Source of the DNA: Meyerozyma guilliermondii
Lineage: Eukaryota
NCBI GenBank assembly: GCA_051546255.1
Contig: CP128820.1
Coordinates: 248,001 to 312,000, forward strand
Length of the DNA stretch: 64,000 nucleotides
Reading direction: 5' to 3'
Shown here piece by piece: positions 1 through 11,878 of the stretch. The notes under the pieces are model-generated. The model saw only the letters and a list, made by a program, of their open reading frames with translations, made no database searches and was not told the DNA's origin. The number at the start of each line of letters is the position of its first letter. Position 1 is the stretch's first letter. The position numbers were made by a program, and so were the translations under genes.

Positions 1-1
1 C

Positions 2-568
2 ACTCAACTTGAAGCTGTGAAAAATGATGCTGAGGTGGCGGCTTCGGATAGTGTCAAGTTGGCGCTGGCTGAAGTTGAGACGAAGGATGCTTCTCCCGAA
101 GCAGCCGGCTCCGAAGGTGATCACTCTGGTGCTGCTTACAACCCAGAAACCGGAGAGATCAACTGGGATTGTCCATGTTTGGGAGGTATGGCTCACGGAC
201 CTTGCGGAGAGGAGTTTAAGGAGGCATTTGCTTGTTTCGTGTATTCCGAGAGTGAACCCAAGGGTATTGACTGTATCACCAAATTTGAAGTTATGCGCAA
301 TTGTTTCAGAGAACATCCCGAACATTACAAAGAAGAACTCTATGATGATGAAGCAGCGCTGAAAGCAGAAAACGAGGTTGAAGCAGCTGAATCTGCCGAG
401 GAAAGTACCCAAACGGCGACCGAAAAAGTAGCTGAAAAAGTAAGTGAAAAAGTCACTGAAGCTGAGTCTGCTATCGCTAGCTCCGTCAGTGCTCCAGCTA
501 CAAATGAGAAGCCAAACAAGGCCTCTAAAAAGACCAAGTCAGCCGAGACTACTTCCGCTTCGGTATAA
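2..568 (+). CDS. MIA40: Mitochondrial intermembrane-space oxidoreductase Mia40 (5'-partial)
   Basis: Frame is open from the window edge. It carries the CPC redox motif and twin CX9C motifs ([27 protein letters not shown]...C-x9-C). It lies near YKT6, as in S. cerevisiae. Confidence 0.95.
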   Translation, partial: TQLEAVKNDAEVAASDSVKLALAEVETKDASPEAAGSEGDHSGAAYNPETGEINWDCPCLGGMAHGPCGEEFKEAFACFVYSESEPKGIDCITKFEVMRNCFREHPEHYKEELYDDEAALKAENEVEAAESAEESTQTATEKVAEKVSEKVTEAESAIASSVSAPATNEKPNKASKKTKSAETTSASV

Positions 569-601
569 TGTATATAACTTGTATTTAGACTAAAAATTAC
601 T

Positions 602-1288
602 TCAACATGCACATGACGATTTGGGTGGATCTTGTCCCAAATCGAGACTATCAAACCCAACCATGGTGGGTTTTGGAGCGGCCGCCGCGGCAGCTATACC
701 CAACTGCGCCACCCGAGTGAAAACCTCTTCCACCAGGCGCAATTGCTTGGCAGTGACTTCTTTTACATCCTCGTTCCAATCTCGGACGTAGGTGTCAAAG
801 TCCATATGTTCGCGGAGTTGGTTTCCGCCCACTAGAAGTTCACGTATCTCTTCAATATCCACGTTCCGGTCACTACTCCGATCCACCTTGTTGCCCACAA
901 TGAGTATTGCCGGTTTTTCTACGTGACAATGTTGTAAGAAACTTTTGAACCACCGTCGAAGACTTAAAACAGACTCATAATTAGTGATATCATACACCAA
1001 CACTGCCACGTCGGTGCCACGATAAAATGCCTGTGAGATGGAGTTGAACCTCTCTTGCCCTGCAGTGTCCCAAATCTGCAAATTGACCTTTGTATTTGTT
1101 TCTCCTTCCCCGTTTATCGTCACCGAAGTTGTCAAATAATCACCTCCAATCGTCGCCTTGTATGCGTTTGTAAACATATGATGTATGAACTGGGACCTCA
1201 TACATGTCTTCCCTACGCCAGAGTCACCTAGAAGCACCACCTTGAGGGTGGGGTTCGGCTTCGTAGCCTCGTGGGAGACACCATCCAT
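602..1288 (-). CDS. Rab GTPase, divergent Ypt7/Rab7-like paralogue (228 aa)
   Basis: GDSGVGKT P-loop, YKATIG effector region, WDTAGQERF, GNKVD and C-terminal CAC prenylation motif. First ATG is at 1288. Confidence 0.9.
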   Translation of the reverse strand: MDGVSHEATKPNPTLKVVLLGDSGVGKTCMRSQFIHHMFTNAYKATIGGDYLTTSVTINGEGETNTKVNLQIWDTAGQERFNSISQAFYRGTDVAVLVYDITNYESVLSLRRWFKSFLQHCHVEKPAILIVGNKVDRSSDRNVDIEEIRELLVGGNQLREHMDFDTYVRDWNEDVKEVTAKQLRLVEEVFTRVAQLGIAAAAAAPKPTMVGFDSLDLGQDPPKSSCAC

Positions 1289-1885
1289 GAAGATGGAGTT
1301 GTTTACCGGAACGAGATTTAAACAACAGCCGCACACCGAAAATGTGAGACGAGGTAAATACAATGCAACATGTTCAGTGTCTTAAGTTGACAAAGACATG
1401 TGCATTGATCTCACTTCTTATCTACCAAATCAACTACAAGCAAGTAGCTTATAAGTGAAGAAGAAAAGCTTCTAATTTGATTGTATAATAAGATTAAAAG
1501 CGAATTGGCGGAAGATTGATTGAAGAGTAATTCAGACTGAAATCATTTACTGAGTATGACCATTATTAGCCCAATCGTATTGTAGCTTAATTGGCTGGGT
1601 ATTGATTAACATATAAATGCCATTTGCAGCAAGTCGAACGAGTATACGAAACTGCGAATTATAAGAAAATTCAAATGAGATTAACATGTCAAAAGTAACG
1701 TAAACTTACGCAAACCGACGGCACAAACCAGCCATCACAATTCCCTGTTACTTCGCCTTCTTTACCCAGTCCTTATATTCATAACCTTGACCGTTGACGA
1801 GTCTTGCATCCATACACCAGATGATAACGTTCAACTGTGCGAACAGCAACCGCACATCAAATACTTGTCAACTTCACATACGATT

Positions 1886-2488
1886 ATGAAGATATACTAC
1901 ATTGGAATATTGAAAGTGGGTGGTTCCAAAGCCGTGGAGTTGAGCTCGGCCCGTGATTTGAGCCAGTTTTCATTTTTCGAAAGAAATGGTGTTTCCCAAT
2001 TTATGACATTTTTCTCGGAAACCGTCAGTCAGAGGACCCAAGCAGGCCAGAGGCAAAGTATCGAAGAAGGTAACTACGTGGGCCACACATACACGCGCTC
2101 GGAGGGTTTGTCTTGTGTTGTCATAACCGACAAGGAGTACCCAGTTCGTCCAGCTTACACCTTAATCAACAAGATTTTGGATGAATATTTATCGCTTCAC
2201 CCTCAAAAAGACTGGGCTAATGTCACCGAAACGAACTCTAGTCTCGGATACGATAATCTTGAACAATATCTCAAAAAGTACCAAGATCCATCACAGGCAG
2301 ATTCGATCATGAAGGTTCAACAGGAGTTGGACGAAACCAAGATTGTATTGCACAAGACCATCGAAAGCGTATTACAAAGAGGCGAGAAATTGGACTCGTT
2401 GGTGGACAAGTCGGAGGCGTTGTCGAGCTCATCCAGGATGTTCTACAAGCAAGCCAAGAAGACCAATTCGTGCTGTGTGATTGTCTAA
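1886..2488 (+). CDS. YKT6: Longin R-SNARE Ykt6 (200 aa)
   Basis: MKIYYIGIL start, [27 protein letters not shown] and C-terminal CCVIV CAAX-type motif. ATG at 1886. Confidence 0.97.
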   Translation: MKIYYIGILKVGGSKAVELSSARDLSQFSFFERNGVSQFMTFFSETVSQRTQAGQRQSIEEGNYVGHTYTRSEGLSCVVITDKEYPVRPAYTLINKILDEYLSLHPQKDWANVTETNSSLGYDNLEQYLKKYQDPSQADSIMKVQQELDETKIVLHKTIESVLQRGEKLDSLVDKSEALSSSSRMFYKQAKKTNSCCVIV

Positions 2489-2584
2489 GAAAGGTTTTAT
2501 TTAGATGTAATTCATACCAGCGTATTTTAGAAACCAGTAGCCAAAACACTCGCTATATCAAATAACGGATATTTCTAGAAGATT

Positions 2585-4096
2585 TTATGTTCTCTTTTTC
2601 ACCGCATCAAACGTCTTAAGAAGCTTGGTGCGGGCCCCCAATGCCTTCACACCTTGGGCCTCCAACTTGGCGTCATCAAACTCTATAAGATCACGCCAGT
2701 GAATGTCCTTGAGACAATCGGTGTACTTGTGAAGTCGAAGGATCTTCAACCATGCCGGGATATTTTCCAAAAGCTCAGGATTAGTTACATCCAGAGGCAT
2801 CTGCAGATTGACATGTCCCGGATCACTGGAATGTCCATATGATCTAGACAATTCCGGTGAATTTGAAGGTCTTTTATTCTTGGAATTTGGTGGAGATTTG
2901 GTCATCTTATTTTGTGCCCGGTTCTGGTCATTTCCCTCCATGTAATGATGTCTATGGTAATTGTTAGGCAGGAAATTCTTCTTGCTAGAATCTAATGCGA
3001 CTCGAGAATTTATGGTAGCCAATGCACCCAATTTCAACGCAGCCTGAGACATGTCTAAGGACTCATCAGAGTTGTTGCTTCGGAGCTGTCCGCCTTGGTG
3101 GTTAGGTGAGGCAGAATTCCCGGCTGCAAGTTGCAAAAAATTGGTCTTTTCGTAAAGATGCGAAGTGGGAGACTTGGTGCGATCCATTGGATTTGCGCCA
3201 GCCGACATTGGCATCTTTCCATTAATGCTTGGTTCAGCAGATTTGGCCCTCACACCTCCCTCGAAGAGTTGGCCGCCACGCATTGGGTTACTCTTTGGTT
3301 TGGGTTGGTGTAACGACAAGTTGCTACCGTCCATATGACTGAGAGATGACGAGTTGAGTGAAACTTGTTCCATATCGTGAACGAGATCGGAGTTCTGGCT
3401 GTACGATGAAGGTCCTCCGTACATACCAGGGGGCACAGAGTGCACCGAGGGTGGAAGAGATTGACCCAATTGGATTGAAGACTGTAATCCGCCTTGCATC
3501 ATTTGAAGCTTCGACTCGATTTTGGAACGAAGTGAAAGAAGCACATCAAATGATGCATTGTTGGCCAAGTACTCAACCATAGTCGAGCTCTCCTGGGGGT
3601 TTAACCCATTTATCCAGTTGGTATATCTTATCAACTCCAGATAAAAATTGGGTGCTTGGTCTAATGGCTGAGGTGCAATTGGCTGATGACTGCCAAAAAA
3701 ATTGGAAAAATCGTTCACCGATTGCGGACGCTCAGGCATGGAATGCCCAGCTGGGAACAGCGAGTTTCCCTTCAAGAAATTATGACCCGAAGTGCCGTTG
3801 GAATCTTGAAGCAAAGACGAAGACGACATGTCGCCAAAGCCATACCGAGATGCTTGCGGCACCAACAAATCTCCCGATGAGGATAATGTCTTGGACCTTG
3901 AAGATTGACTAATCGATTGCCTGTGGTTCAAATCCAAATCCAAGTCGGCAGTCAACGTTTCAAACTCATGCTGCAAATTAAACCCAAGACTTGGTTGTCT
4001 CTCACTGTGACCCACCGGTATCGACAGATCCAATGGAGGAGGAGAAAGAATGATTGGGCGGTCCATTTCGGAGTTTCCGTTCGCCATGATGGTCAT
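2585..4096 (-). CDS. VTS1: SAM-domain RNA-binding protein Vts1 (Smaug family)
   Basis: C-terminal SAM domain [15 protein letters not shown]...[13 protein letters not shown] and a [16 protein letters not shown] motif after a low-complexity region. Next to PDE2, as in S. cerevisiae. Confidence 0.93.
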   Translation of the reverse strand: MTIMANGNSEMDRPIILSPPPLDLSIPVGHSERQPSLGFNLQHEFETLTADLDLDLNHRQSISQSSRSKTLSSSGDLLVPQASRYGFGDMSSSSLLQDSNGTSGHNFLKGNSLFPAGHSMPERPQSVNDFSNFFGSHQPIAPQPLDQAPNFYLELIRYTNWINGLNPQESSTMVEYLANNASFDVLLSLRSKIESKLQMMQGGLQSSIQLGQSLPPSVHSVPPGMYGGPSSYSQNSDLVHDMEQVSLNSSSLSHMDGSNLSLHQPKPKSNPMRGGQLFEGGVRAKSAEPSINGKMPMSAGANPMDRTKSPTSHLYEKTNFLQLAAGNSASPNHQGGQLRSNNSDESLDMSQAALKLGALATINSRVALDSSKKNFLPNNYHRHHYMEGNDQNRAQNKMTKSPPNSKNKRPSNSPELSRSYGHSSDPGHVNLQMPLDVTNPELLENIPAWLKILRLHKYTDCLKDIHWRDLIEFDDAKLEAQGVKALGARTKLLKTFDAVKKRT

Positions 4097-4483
4097 AAGT
4101 CAACGATTTCCTGTGTATCAATGCAATATAAACACCCTCGTAATCCTGCAAAAGGATGCCCGAGTGGAATTTTTCAAAGCTTGAAAAGGTAGATAGCAGC
4201 TCCGCCAGCAAAGCAGCGATTTCGGGCGCGGAAAGTTAAGCGAGAATGTAGACCGCAGGCTCTAGCAGCTGTATGCAAAGGAGATAACTTTCAATACAAA
4301 CCGTTTTAAACTTGGGTATCCAACTTGTTGAAAGTGAATCTCATCGAATTTTCTCCGGAAATTTTCGAGAGGCCCAGTGCACCAAGACCCGGTACAGGAA
4401 ATTCGGTGCCAGATTCCGTGGAGTCCGAATAAGCGGTAATCCAGGTATGGGGTACATAATAAATAATCTTATAATATGCAATG

Positions 4484-6301
4484 CTATATAACCTGCTTAT
4501 CTCTATGTAACCAGTAGTCTTTGTTTTCCTGTATGATGTCGCAAGTATACCGAAGGTCAGGAAGAAGCTCGGCTATGTTATCAAAGAGTTTCTCAGCGAA
4601 TGTCTTGATGAAAAATAATTGCCCTTTGTGGATGGTTGGATAATCTTCCAAGAGTTTCTCCAAGTCAGACGGCACTTTCTCATACTCCACCGAATGATTT
4701 TTCGACCCTTTTGTGATCTTTTCCTCGAGCATAAAGACTTCGTCAAACTCTCGCTTTAACACCACTGCCCACTGCGAAGATACCCGTAAGGGCCTAGTCA
4801 CATTGCTAATATCTGCACACTTGATAAGCAAACTAGACACAAGCCGTACTTTGTGGCTCGAAATGCTTTCGCAGCCATCACTTGCGACCTTGAGTGATGT
4901 CAACTTGTCAATGTACTCGAAATGCTCGGCCATGTCCGTGGCCAAAATGCTACTTATGATCAAGTTCTTGATTGTCATCTCCTCGGTGCACTTCATCGTG
5001 AGCAAAGATGGCCAGCTCACTGCCAAAATCTTATTTACAAACACCGATGCATGAAACAGCTCCAACACACTGTGCTCATTATATATGAGAGAAGGTGTTG
5101 CATCATACTTCACTAGAAATGCATTAGTTACGCCTGGGTGGCCAACATCATGACCCAAAGCCGCAACAAGGAGACCCAAAGTTTGTAGTGGAGTAAGAGT
5201 TACCGATGAACTCAAGACCTTTGTATTTTTGGACGTCGTGGTGCCGCCCTTCAGCTCGATGGTGGCCGTGGTTGTTGATGCTACAGTCAATGAGGTGGTA
5301 GTAGATGAAGACTTGTGAAAGTTATCGGTTGGTGTTAAATCCACCACGCTGTCATCCCCATGTTCTGTTTTCTTCAAGTTTTTGAGTGACTCAAAGTCGC
5401 AATGCTTCAATGGTTCCTCAGAAAATTGCTCGAATTTTGGGAGATATCCCAATCTTAAGACATAGTGGAAGCATGCCTGTAATACATCGACTGCATGACG
5501 AAAATTGTGAAATGGATTTCCACTATTATAACTATCGCGTACCATGAATACAATACCCAATAATTCATTTGGTGATGGAATTTGCAACTCTGGTGGGACG
5601 GGATTGATATGCTTTAATGAGTAACTGAGGATCAAATATGCACAATAAACCAAATCATTGTTGGAAAGTTCGTGAGCAGGGAAGGCCCAGTATCCTACAG
5701 TGTTACACAACTGTTCAAGCTGGGGCCTGGTGTTTCCTGGAGACAAGAGTGTGAAAAAGTTCACCTCTTGTACAATGAGCTGATGGAAAGTCTTTAATTT
5801 TTTCAAGCTCACAGGAGAATGCTTGCAAGATTCGTTCAACACCGATGACATAGTCGATACTATTTCGCATATATCTGTATGAAGCTCGGGTAATGAAACT
5901 GATATGTCTTCTATGGATTGAGGACCGGTTCCTGTCCATATTTCCACCCTGCTGATTCTTTCTCGAATAAGATCATTGATTCTGCGGACGCATACGTTCA
6001 CCTCACGGACGAGCGACTCATTAGCAAGGTCTTTGGCACTAATAACTATGACATTCAAGTGCTTGAAGAAAAATTGTAAAAGTAAAACTTTGTCGGAGGT
6101 ATCGAGTTGGTCTAATTGGGAGGCTCGAGAGTGAGACTCGCCCAAGACTATGACTATCGAGTTATTGGTATCACGCTCCACGTTCCCGAGCAGGAATAAT
6201 GTGGCCAACAAGGGGGTGAAACTTGTGAAATTAGTATATTTCCTGGATTCCAAAAGACTTACATCGAGCTCACTTTGGGAAACAGAGTAGATATCAGCCA
6301 T
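4484..6301 (-). CDS. PDE2: High-affinity (class I) cAMP phosphodiesterase
   Basis: NPFHNFRHAVDV, HDVGHPG, ILATDM and KCADISN motifs. ATG (MADIY) at 6301. Confidence 0.93.
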   Translation of the reverse strand: MADIYSVSQSELDVSLLESRKYTNFTSFTPLLATLFLLGNVERDTNNSIVIVLGESHSRASQLDQLDTSDKVLLLQFFFKHLNVIVISAKDLANESLVREVNVCVRRINDLIRERISRVEIWTGTGPQSIEDISVSLPELHTDICEIVSTMSSVLNESCKHSPVSLKKLKTFHQLIVQEVNFFTLLSPGNTRPQLEQLCNTVGYWAFPAHELSNNDLVYCAYLILSYSLKHINPVPPELQIPSPNELLGIVFMVRDSYNSGNPFHNFRHAVDVLQACFHYVLRLGYLPKFEQFSEEPLKHCDFESLKNLKKTEHGDDSVVDLTPTDNFHKSSSTTTSLTVASTTTATIELKGGTTTSKNTKVLSSSVTLTPLQTLGLLVAALGHDVGHPGVTNAFLVKYDATPSLIYNEHSVLELFHASVFVNKILAVSWPSLLTMKCTEEMTIKNLIISSILATDMAEHFEYIDKLTSLKVASDGCESISSHKVRLVSSLLIKCADISNVTRPLRVSSQWAVVLKREFDEVFMLEEKITKGSKNHSVEYEKVPSDLEKLLEDYPTIHKGQLFFIKTFAEKLFDNIAELLPDLRYTCDIIQENKDYWLHRDKQVI

Positions 6302-7186
6302 TTTTGGCCACAAGTTTGAAGTCAAGGAAGGAGGACGTCGACCTAATTGTCTACAATTTAAGCCGACAACGACGAAACGGTTTGACTTTTCCCTTTCGAG
6401 ATCTGATTAACAACAACTCTGAGATAACAAAAGGTGAAAATGTGGCTCCCGCCTATTTTATGATCTTCCAAGCAAGAAAACTGTCACAATAAGGTATAAA
6501 CAGTCAGTTCGCTAACAAAGGAATAAACGTGGAGCAAACCCTAGCCTGTTTCAAAGATTGTTTTTGCAAAACTCGATGGGTATGCGATGCCTTCACAAGT
6601 CTTTAGGGGTAGAAAAGTGCGACATCTCTTCTACTTGAACCGCTTACGTAATACCACATGACGCGCATTCCATGAGCAATGTTTGACGCAGGGCCCTTTG
6701 TGTGAATATGCATTGAGTAAGTGCTCCGACCTTTGTAATGCAACTCGGAAACGGTAAGTTTTTCGCGGATTTAGTGAATTTTTAGGAGGTTCGTAGATGG
6801 GTGTATGAACGTCAAAATTTTTGGATCTTGAGATTCCGATCATCGTGATCGACCGTTACCGTTATAGTCAGTAATTCCGAGAGTTGCGATTACTAAGTTT
6901 GAACTTGAACTTTTCACTGGTGATGTCATAAAAATTAAATGTATATACCCCACAAATTTACCATATCGAATATTAAAGTGGTGGCTGAAATGTAACCGGA
7001 GTAATTTCACAAAGACAGATCAATCACGTAAATGTTTAGACATTAAACGTTTGTTCGTAAATGGCTCGCGGCAATGCTTCTCGGTTAAAATCCCACCTCG
7101 AAAATGCGAAAACTAAATCATACAGATGTAGATCCTATAAAAAAAAACTATGAAAAAAAAAATTTACCGAATAATTGTAATGTTCT

Positions 7187-10100
7187 CTACATGTGCCCAC
7201 CCTCCTTGCACAACAGGTAGAAAATTCCCTCCTCATTCTTCAACAACTCTTGTGGCGCTCCAAATTCTTTGAGCTCACCTTTGTCCAATACCATAATCTT
7301 GTCACTATCCACGATGGTCTCAAGTCTATGAGCAACTGTAAGAATGGTTCTATCCTTGAATTCTGTGCGAATTGTCTCTTGAATGATTTTGTCAGTTCTG
7401 ACATCAACCGAAGCAGTTGCTTCATCTAATACGAGAATCGAAGATGGGTTCAATAACGCTCTTGCCAAACACAACAATTGTTTCTGTCCCGCAGACAAAT
7501 TGGAACCTCCTTCATCAACAACAGCATCAAGCCCTTTAGCTACCACCTCCGATTCACCGTCTTTAACCTTTTTCTTTTCGTCCTCTTCTTTATTCTCCTT
7601 AGGCTTTGTTTCCATCTGCTCTACATGGGCCTTCAAGTGTGCCAATTCAAGCACTCGCCAGAGCTGAGTATCAGAATACTGACTGAAAGGATCCAAATTC
7701 TGGCGCACTGTTCCTTCGATTGTTTGTGAGTCCTGAGGTATAATACTCAAATGCCGTCTCAAGTCGAAAAGACCCAACTCACTTGTGTTCACGCCGTCAA
7801 TCTCAATATGGCCCTCAGTTGCTTCGATGATGCGGAAAAGTGCCAAAGTTAAACTCGATTTACCAGCTCCAGTACGACCCACAATGCCCACTTTTTCTTG
7901 TGGGGCAATGTCAACCGATATATTTTTTAATACCGGATCCAAGTTTTCTCTGTACCTGGTACTGTAGTTCACAAATTTTATACCACCTTTCTGTGGCCAG
8001 GAAATTGGAGGTCTTGTTTCCTCAATTTCCATGGCAGCTTCGGTTGGAATTCTGCAATATTCCAACAAACGCTCCAACGCAATTGACCTCGTTTCAAGTT
8101 CAGCCCAAACCCTGATGATAGCACTTATAGTGTAGGTAATGTTCATGGCGTAGGTCATGACAAAACCGACTAAGGCTGGGGTGAATGGATCACGGAAAAG
8201 GATAGTAACAATGAATGCAGACGTGAAAAAGAGGACAGTTGCTGAGATACCATTGATTCTCATAGACAACCACCGTTTAATCGAAACGTCTGAATATGCT
8301 GCAACATTAAACTTCTTCAAAATCATGGTATTTTTGTGACTGAATCTGTCTGTTTCTCCAAAAGCACGGATAGTTTCCAATCCATGTACGGATTCCTGTA
8401 AGTTTGAAAGAATAGGGCTTCGGAACACACTACGGAGTCTTTTCATCTCCCGCGCTGCCGGTATGAAGAAGCTTCTGTAGCTATTGTAGATCACTGCAAG
8501 CACTACAATGACAAGAATCATGATGGGCAAGTTAACGATAATGACCCCGAACAAGGCCATAGTATGCATTCCAAGATCAACAAGCAGAACGCATTGCCAC
8601 ATAATGACTTGATCAATGGTCGTGATATCTTCAGTGAATCTGTTCAATATTCTGCCGATTGGAGTGGTCTCAAAGAATGACATGGGTGATCTCAAAACAT
8701 TTTTGAACATCTTATCATGGAAGTATTTTGAACCTTCAATGGCACTGTATTTCCAGATTACCAACGAACCAAGGAAATAGAAGAAGGAACCGGTAAGACC
8801 GATTATAGTGTAGGATGTCACATAGAAAACAGTATCAACATTGTGTCCTTCTTCAAGGTTCGTATCGGACCAGTATTTCAAGAGGTAGTTCATTCCAACT
8901 TCTGATGCAACCATGATGGTGTAGAAGAGAATGTACACGAATATGAAACCAAAATGACAGGCTCTGAAATATTCGAGATACACTTTGAAATTCACTTTGC
9001 CTTTAGCACTCTTTTCCTCGGCTTGCTTTGTTTTCCTGTACTCTTCATCTAGATCGTCAAACTCGTCGCCATACTCATGGTCAAACGAGACAGCAGATGC
9101 AGCACCAAGGGACTGTCTTCTTGCGACAGCTGTCGTAAGATCAATTTTGGAAGTGATCTGCTCTCCGTCTTCGACAACAGGAGTTTGTACACCTGAATCA
9201 ATAACAGGAGTTGGTAATTCTGAAGTATCATCGCCTTCTTCCCGTTCATTTTCCCTTGAAAAGTCTTTGATCAAACGTGACAACTCGGAATCAGTAGACA
9301 TAATGCTTTGATATACGCCTCTCTCGACAATTTTCCCTCCCTCAAGAAGAAGGATCTGGTCTGAGTGTTTTAAGACATTCACATTATTTGTGGCAAGAAT
9401 CAACGTCCGCGAGCTCAACAAACCAGTCCCAGAGAGCACTTTCTTTATAATGTTTTTTCCAACATGGGCGTCCACAGCAGATAAAATATCGTCAAAAAGA
9501 TAGATTTCGGCTCTTGAATAAACAGCTCTAGCTAATGATACTCGAGCTTTTTGTCCTCCAGAAAGGGAAATTCCTTTTTCTCCAACAGTAGTATGGTCAC
9601 CATCAGCCAATATTTTCAAGTCAGGAAGTAACTGGCATGCTTCCAAAGTCTGCTGGTAAAATTCCTTGTCATACTTTGAACCAAAAAGAATGTTTTCCCT
9701 TATAGTTCCATTCAAAATCCACGGGTTTTGAGAGCAGTAAGCTATTGATCCGTTCGATTCAACGAAGGATCTGGGATCAGGTCTCATTTTGATTTCACCA
9801 ATTATAGCTTTGAGGAACGTTGACTTACCTGAGCCCACATTACCCACAATACAACTGAGCTCACCCTTTCTTGCTTCAAAATTGATATCCTTAAGCGCAA
9901 TAGGCGATTCTTGATCGGTTTTGTTATCTCTGACCGAGTCCCAAACAAAAGTGGCATCCTTGATTGTCAATGCCACATCGTTAGCCTTGAGTTTTTTGTG
10001 GCTTCTGTGAACTTCAGAAGTGTCCAATTCTTGCAAAAGGAATAACTCACTGAGTCTTCGATTGGAAACGTTCGCCTCAATCAAATGAGACACTGACTCT

Positions 10101-11878
10101 GGGAGCTCCAGGATGGGTCCCGACAAAAGTTGAAGAAGCGCCAATGCTGGGAAGATGACACTTGGGTACAAAGTTCCATGAAAGACCAACGCAAAAGATA
10201 TCAAGCAAATACATGTAATAAAGAACGGAATACAACGCCAGAGAAGCTGAATAAATGCCTCCAACATACCAGATTGTTGAAGAAGGCTCAATTCCTTGTT
10301 GTTTCTGACCTCATTCATTCTCTCTATCATGGGCTTCTCCCACGAGTAAAGCTTGATACTCTTGATTGAGTTGAATATATCAGTTGTCAAACGAGTTCTT
10401 TCATCCTTGTATTCCATATTCCTATTGTAGTACCAGTACAACTTAGAATTTACCCAAGTGCAAAGAGGCATCAAGATTACTGACACCCCAAAACCAAACC
10501 ATGTAGCATTGCCCAACACTTTGTATAAGGAAACAAGACAAATAATCAATCTAAGTGGATCTGTTAATATTTCAATCATGGTGAAGTTAATTGATTCAAG
10601 ATTTGAAACATCGACAGACATATTATTGACGATATCACCAGTTGTTTTTCCCTTACGTGCTTCTGGGGAAAGCCTCATAGCCTTTTCGTAGATTTTGGTG
10701 GAAAGTTCAGTACGAACCACCAAATTTGATAAGAAAATGTTGCAAAGGAATCGGTTGAAACTGATGAACCTACCAGTGGATGCCAAAAAGATCAGAAATG
10801 CATAAAAAGCACCCTGAATGACAGGTGGACCGGGAACATGATTCTTTTTGGCGGACAAATAGTTAGTGTAAAAGATTAGAAACTGTTGAAGTAAGAATGG
10901 TTGGACAAACAGGAGACTGAATTCCATCATATTCCAGAACAAGCCACGAGTGATTCGGACCCAATCAGACTTCAATATTGACCAGTACAAGGAAACGTAA
11001 AGGTCTTTCTCATCTTTTCCTTTGTGTCTGCGCTTTGCCGATTCAACAGCTGAGTTCCAATTTTTGGAAAAAGTAGCATGGACATGATCGACTTCAAGAT
11101 TTGCAATTGCTGGAGGTAAGTCTTCATATTCCAAGTGATCAGATTTGTAGACCTTTTTGATCACAGGATCCATCCACCAGAAGGTGACATCATCGAACCA
11201 GTTGTAAACTCTTTTAATATCCCATTCATTGAGATCAAAGTAGTCGACGAGCTCCCGCGCAGGAGAATACCAGGCGTGTTCCAAATACAATATGAGTATT
11301 GAATTGACTAGCATGCAAACCTCAATTCCCAAAGCCAGTCCTGACGGAGAATCGTAGACCTTGTAGGGAGAAGTAGCATCGACAATTGACACAACTATGG
11401 CAAACACAGACGATACCAACCAGTAGAAAAGAAGAGGTGTATTAGCCACCACTGTTCTGGTTGATTCCACTACATGCAAGGGGAACACCGTGAGCACGAG
11501 CACTGCGGCCTGGATGGCCAATTGACGATTCTTTTCACTTGATTTTCCGGAACTGAGAAAAAGAAGGAAGAGTCCGAAAAATTGCAAACCAACAAGAAAA
11601 AGTTTGAACAATTGAATAAAACCCACACTTTGTTTCAGAAATGGATTACCGAACGAGAACCGAATACGATTGTTGCCAAACTTGTTGTTAAAGCACAAAC
11701 TGATAATTTGCCACAAACAACACGCTCCTATAAATAGATTCCAGCCAGAAATCGCCACCATGAGAAAACAAGGATTCACATAGTTCTCATGAGGATCAAC
11801 CAAAGGTTGATTCCAGCTGGTTCGCCACAGGCAAGAGCGGGCAGAAACCAAGCCAGTTACTTCAACTGATAGCAGCAT
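7187..11878 (-). CDS. Full-size ABCC/MRP transporter with N-terminal TMD0 (Ycf1/Mlt1-like, probably vacuolar)
   Basis: Two nucleotide-binding domains (GNVGSGKS/LSGGQ/YLFDD and GRTGAGKS/LSAGQ/LDEAT), FFETTPIGRILNRF and an N-terminal NPCF TMD0 segment; 1563 aa. Confidence 0.93.
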   Translation of the reverse strand: MLLSVEVTGLVSARSCLWRTSWNQPLVDPHENYVNPCFLMVAISGWNLFIGACCLWQIISLCFNNKFGNNRIRFSFGNPFLKQSVGFIQLFKLFLVGLQFFGLFLLFLSSGKSSEKNRQLAIQAAVLVLTVFPLHVVESTRTVVANTPLLFYWLVSSVFAIVVSIVDATSPYKVYDSPSGLALGIEVCMLVNSILILYLEHAWYSPARELVDYFDLNEWDIKRVYNWFDDVTFWWMDPVIKKVYKSDHLEYEDLPPAIANLEVDHVHATFSKNWNSAVESAKRRHKGKDEKDLYVSLYWSILKSDWVRITRGLFWNMMEFSLLFVQPFLLQQFLIFYTNYLSAKKNHVPGPPVIQGAFYAFLIFLASTGRFISFNRFLCNIFLSNLVVRTELSTKIYEKAMRLSPEARKGKTTGDIVNNMSVDVSNLESINFTMIEILTDPLRLIICLVSLYKVLGNATWFGFGVSVILMPLCTWVNSKLYWYYNRNMEYKDERTRLTTDIFNSIKSIKLYSWEKPMIERMNEVRNNKELSLLQQSGMLEAFIQLLWRCIPFFITCICLISFALVFHGTLYPSVIFPALALLQLLSGPILELPESVSHLIEANVSNRRLSELFLLQELDTSEVHRSHKKLKANDVALTIKDATFVWDSVRDNKTDQESPIALKDINFEARKGELSCIVGNVGSGKSTFLKAIIGEIKMRPDPRSFVESNGSIAYCSQNPWILNGTIRENILFGSKYDKEFYQQTLEACQLLPDLKILADGDHTTVGEKGISLSGGQKARVSLARAVYSRAEIYLFDDILSAVDAHVGKNIIKKVLSGTGLLSSRTLILATNNVNVLKHSDQILLLEGGKIVERGVYQSIMSTDSELSRLIKDFSRENEREEGDDTSELPTPVIDSGVQTPVVEDGEQITSKIDLTTAVARRQSLGAASAVSFDHEYGDEFDDLDEEYRKTKQAEEKSAKGKVNFKVYLEYFRACHFGFIFVYILFYTIMVASEVGMNYLLKYWSDTNLEEGHNVDTVFYVTSYTIIGLTGSFFYFLGSLVIWKYSAIEGSKYFHDKMFKNVLRSPMSFFETTPIGRILNRFTEDITTIDQVIMWQCVLLVDLGMHTMALFGVIIVNLPIMILVIVVLAVIYNSYRSFFIPAAREMKRLRSVFRSPILSNLQESVHGLETIRAFGETDRFSHKNTMILKKFNVAAYSDVSIKRWLSMRINGISATVLFFTSAFIVTILFRDPFTPALVGFVMTYAMNITYTISAIIRVWAELETRSIALERLLEYCRIPTEAAMEIEETRPPISWPQKGGIKFVNYSTRYRENLDPVLKNISVDIAPQEKVGIVGRTGAGKSSLTLALFRIIEATEGHIEIDGVNTSELGLFDLRRHLSIIPQDSQTIEGTVRQNLDPFSQYSDTQLWRVLELAHLKAHVEQMETKPKENKEEDEKKKVKDGESEVVAKGLDAVVDEGGSNLSAGQKQLLCLARALLNPSSILVLDEATASVDVRTDKIIQETIRTEFKDRTILTVAHRLETIVDSDKIMVLDKGELKEFGAPQELLKNEEGIFYLLCKEGGHM

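Noticed and set aside
4397..4408. GGAAATTCGGTG matches the conserved CR-I region of yeast RNase P RNA
   Set aside because: Only about 75 nt remain before the PDE2 stop, and no downstream CR-V partner is visible.
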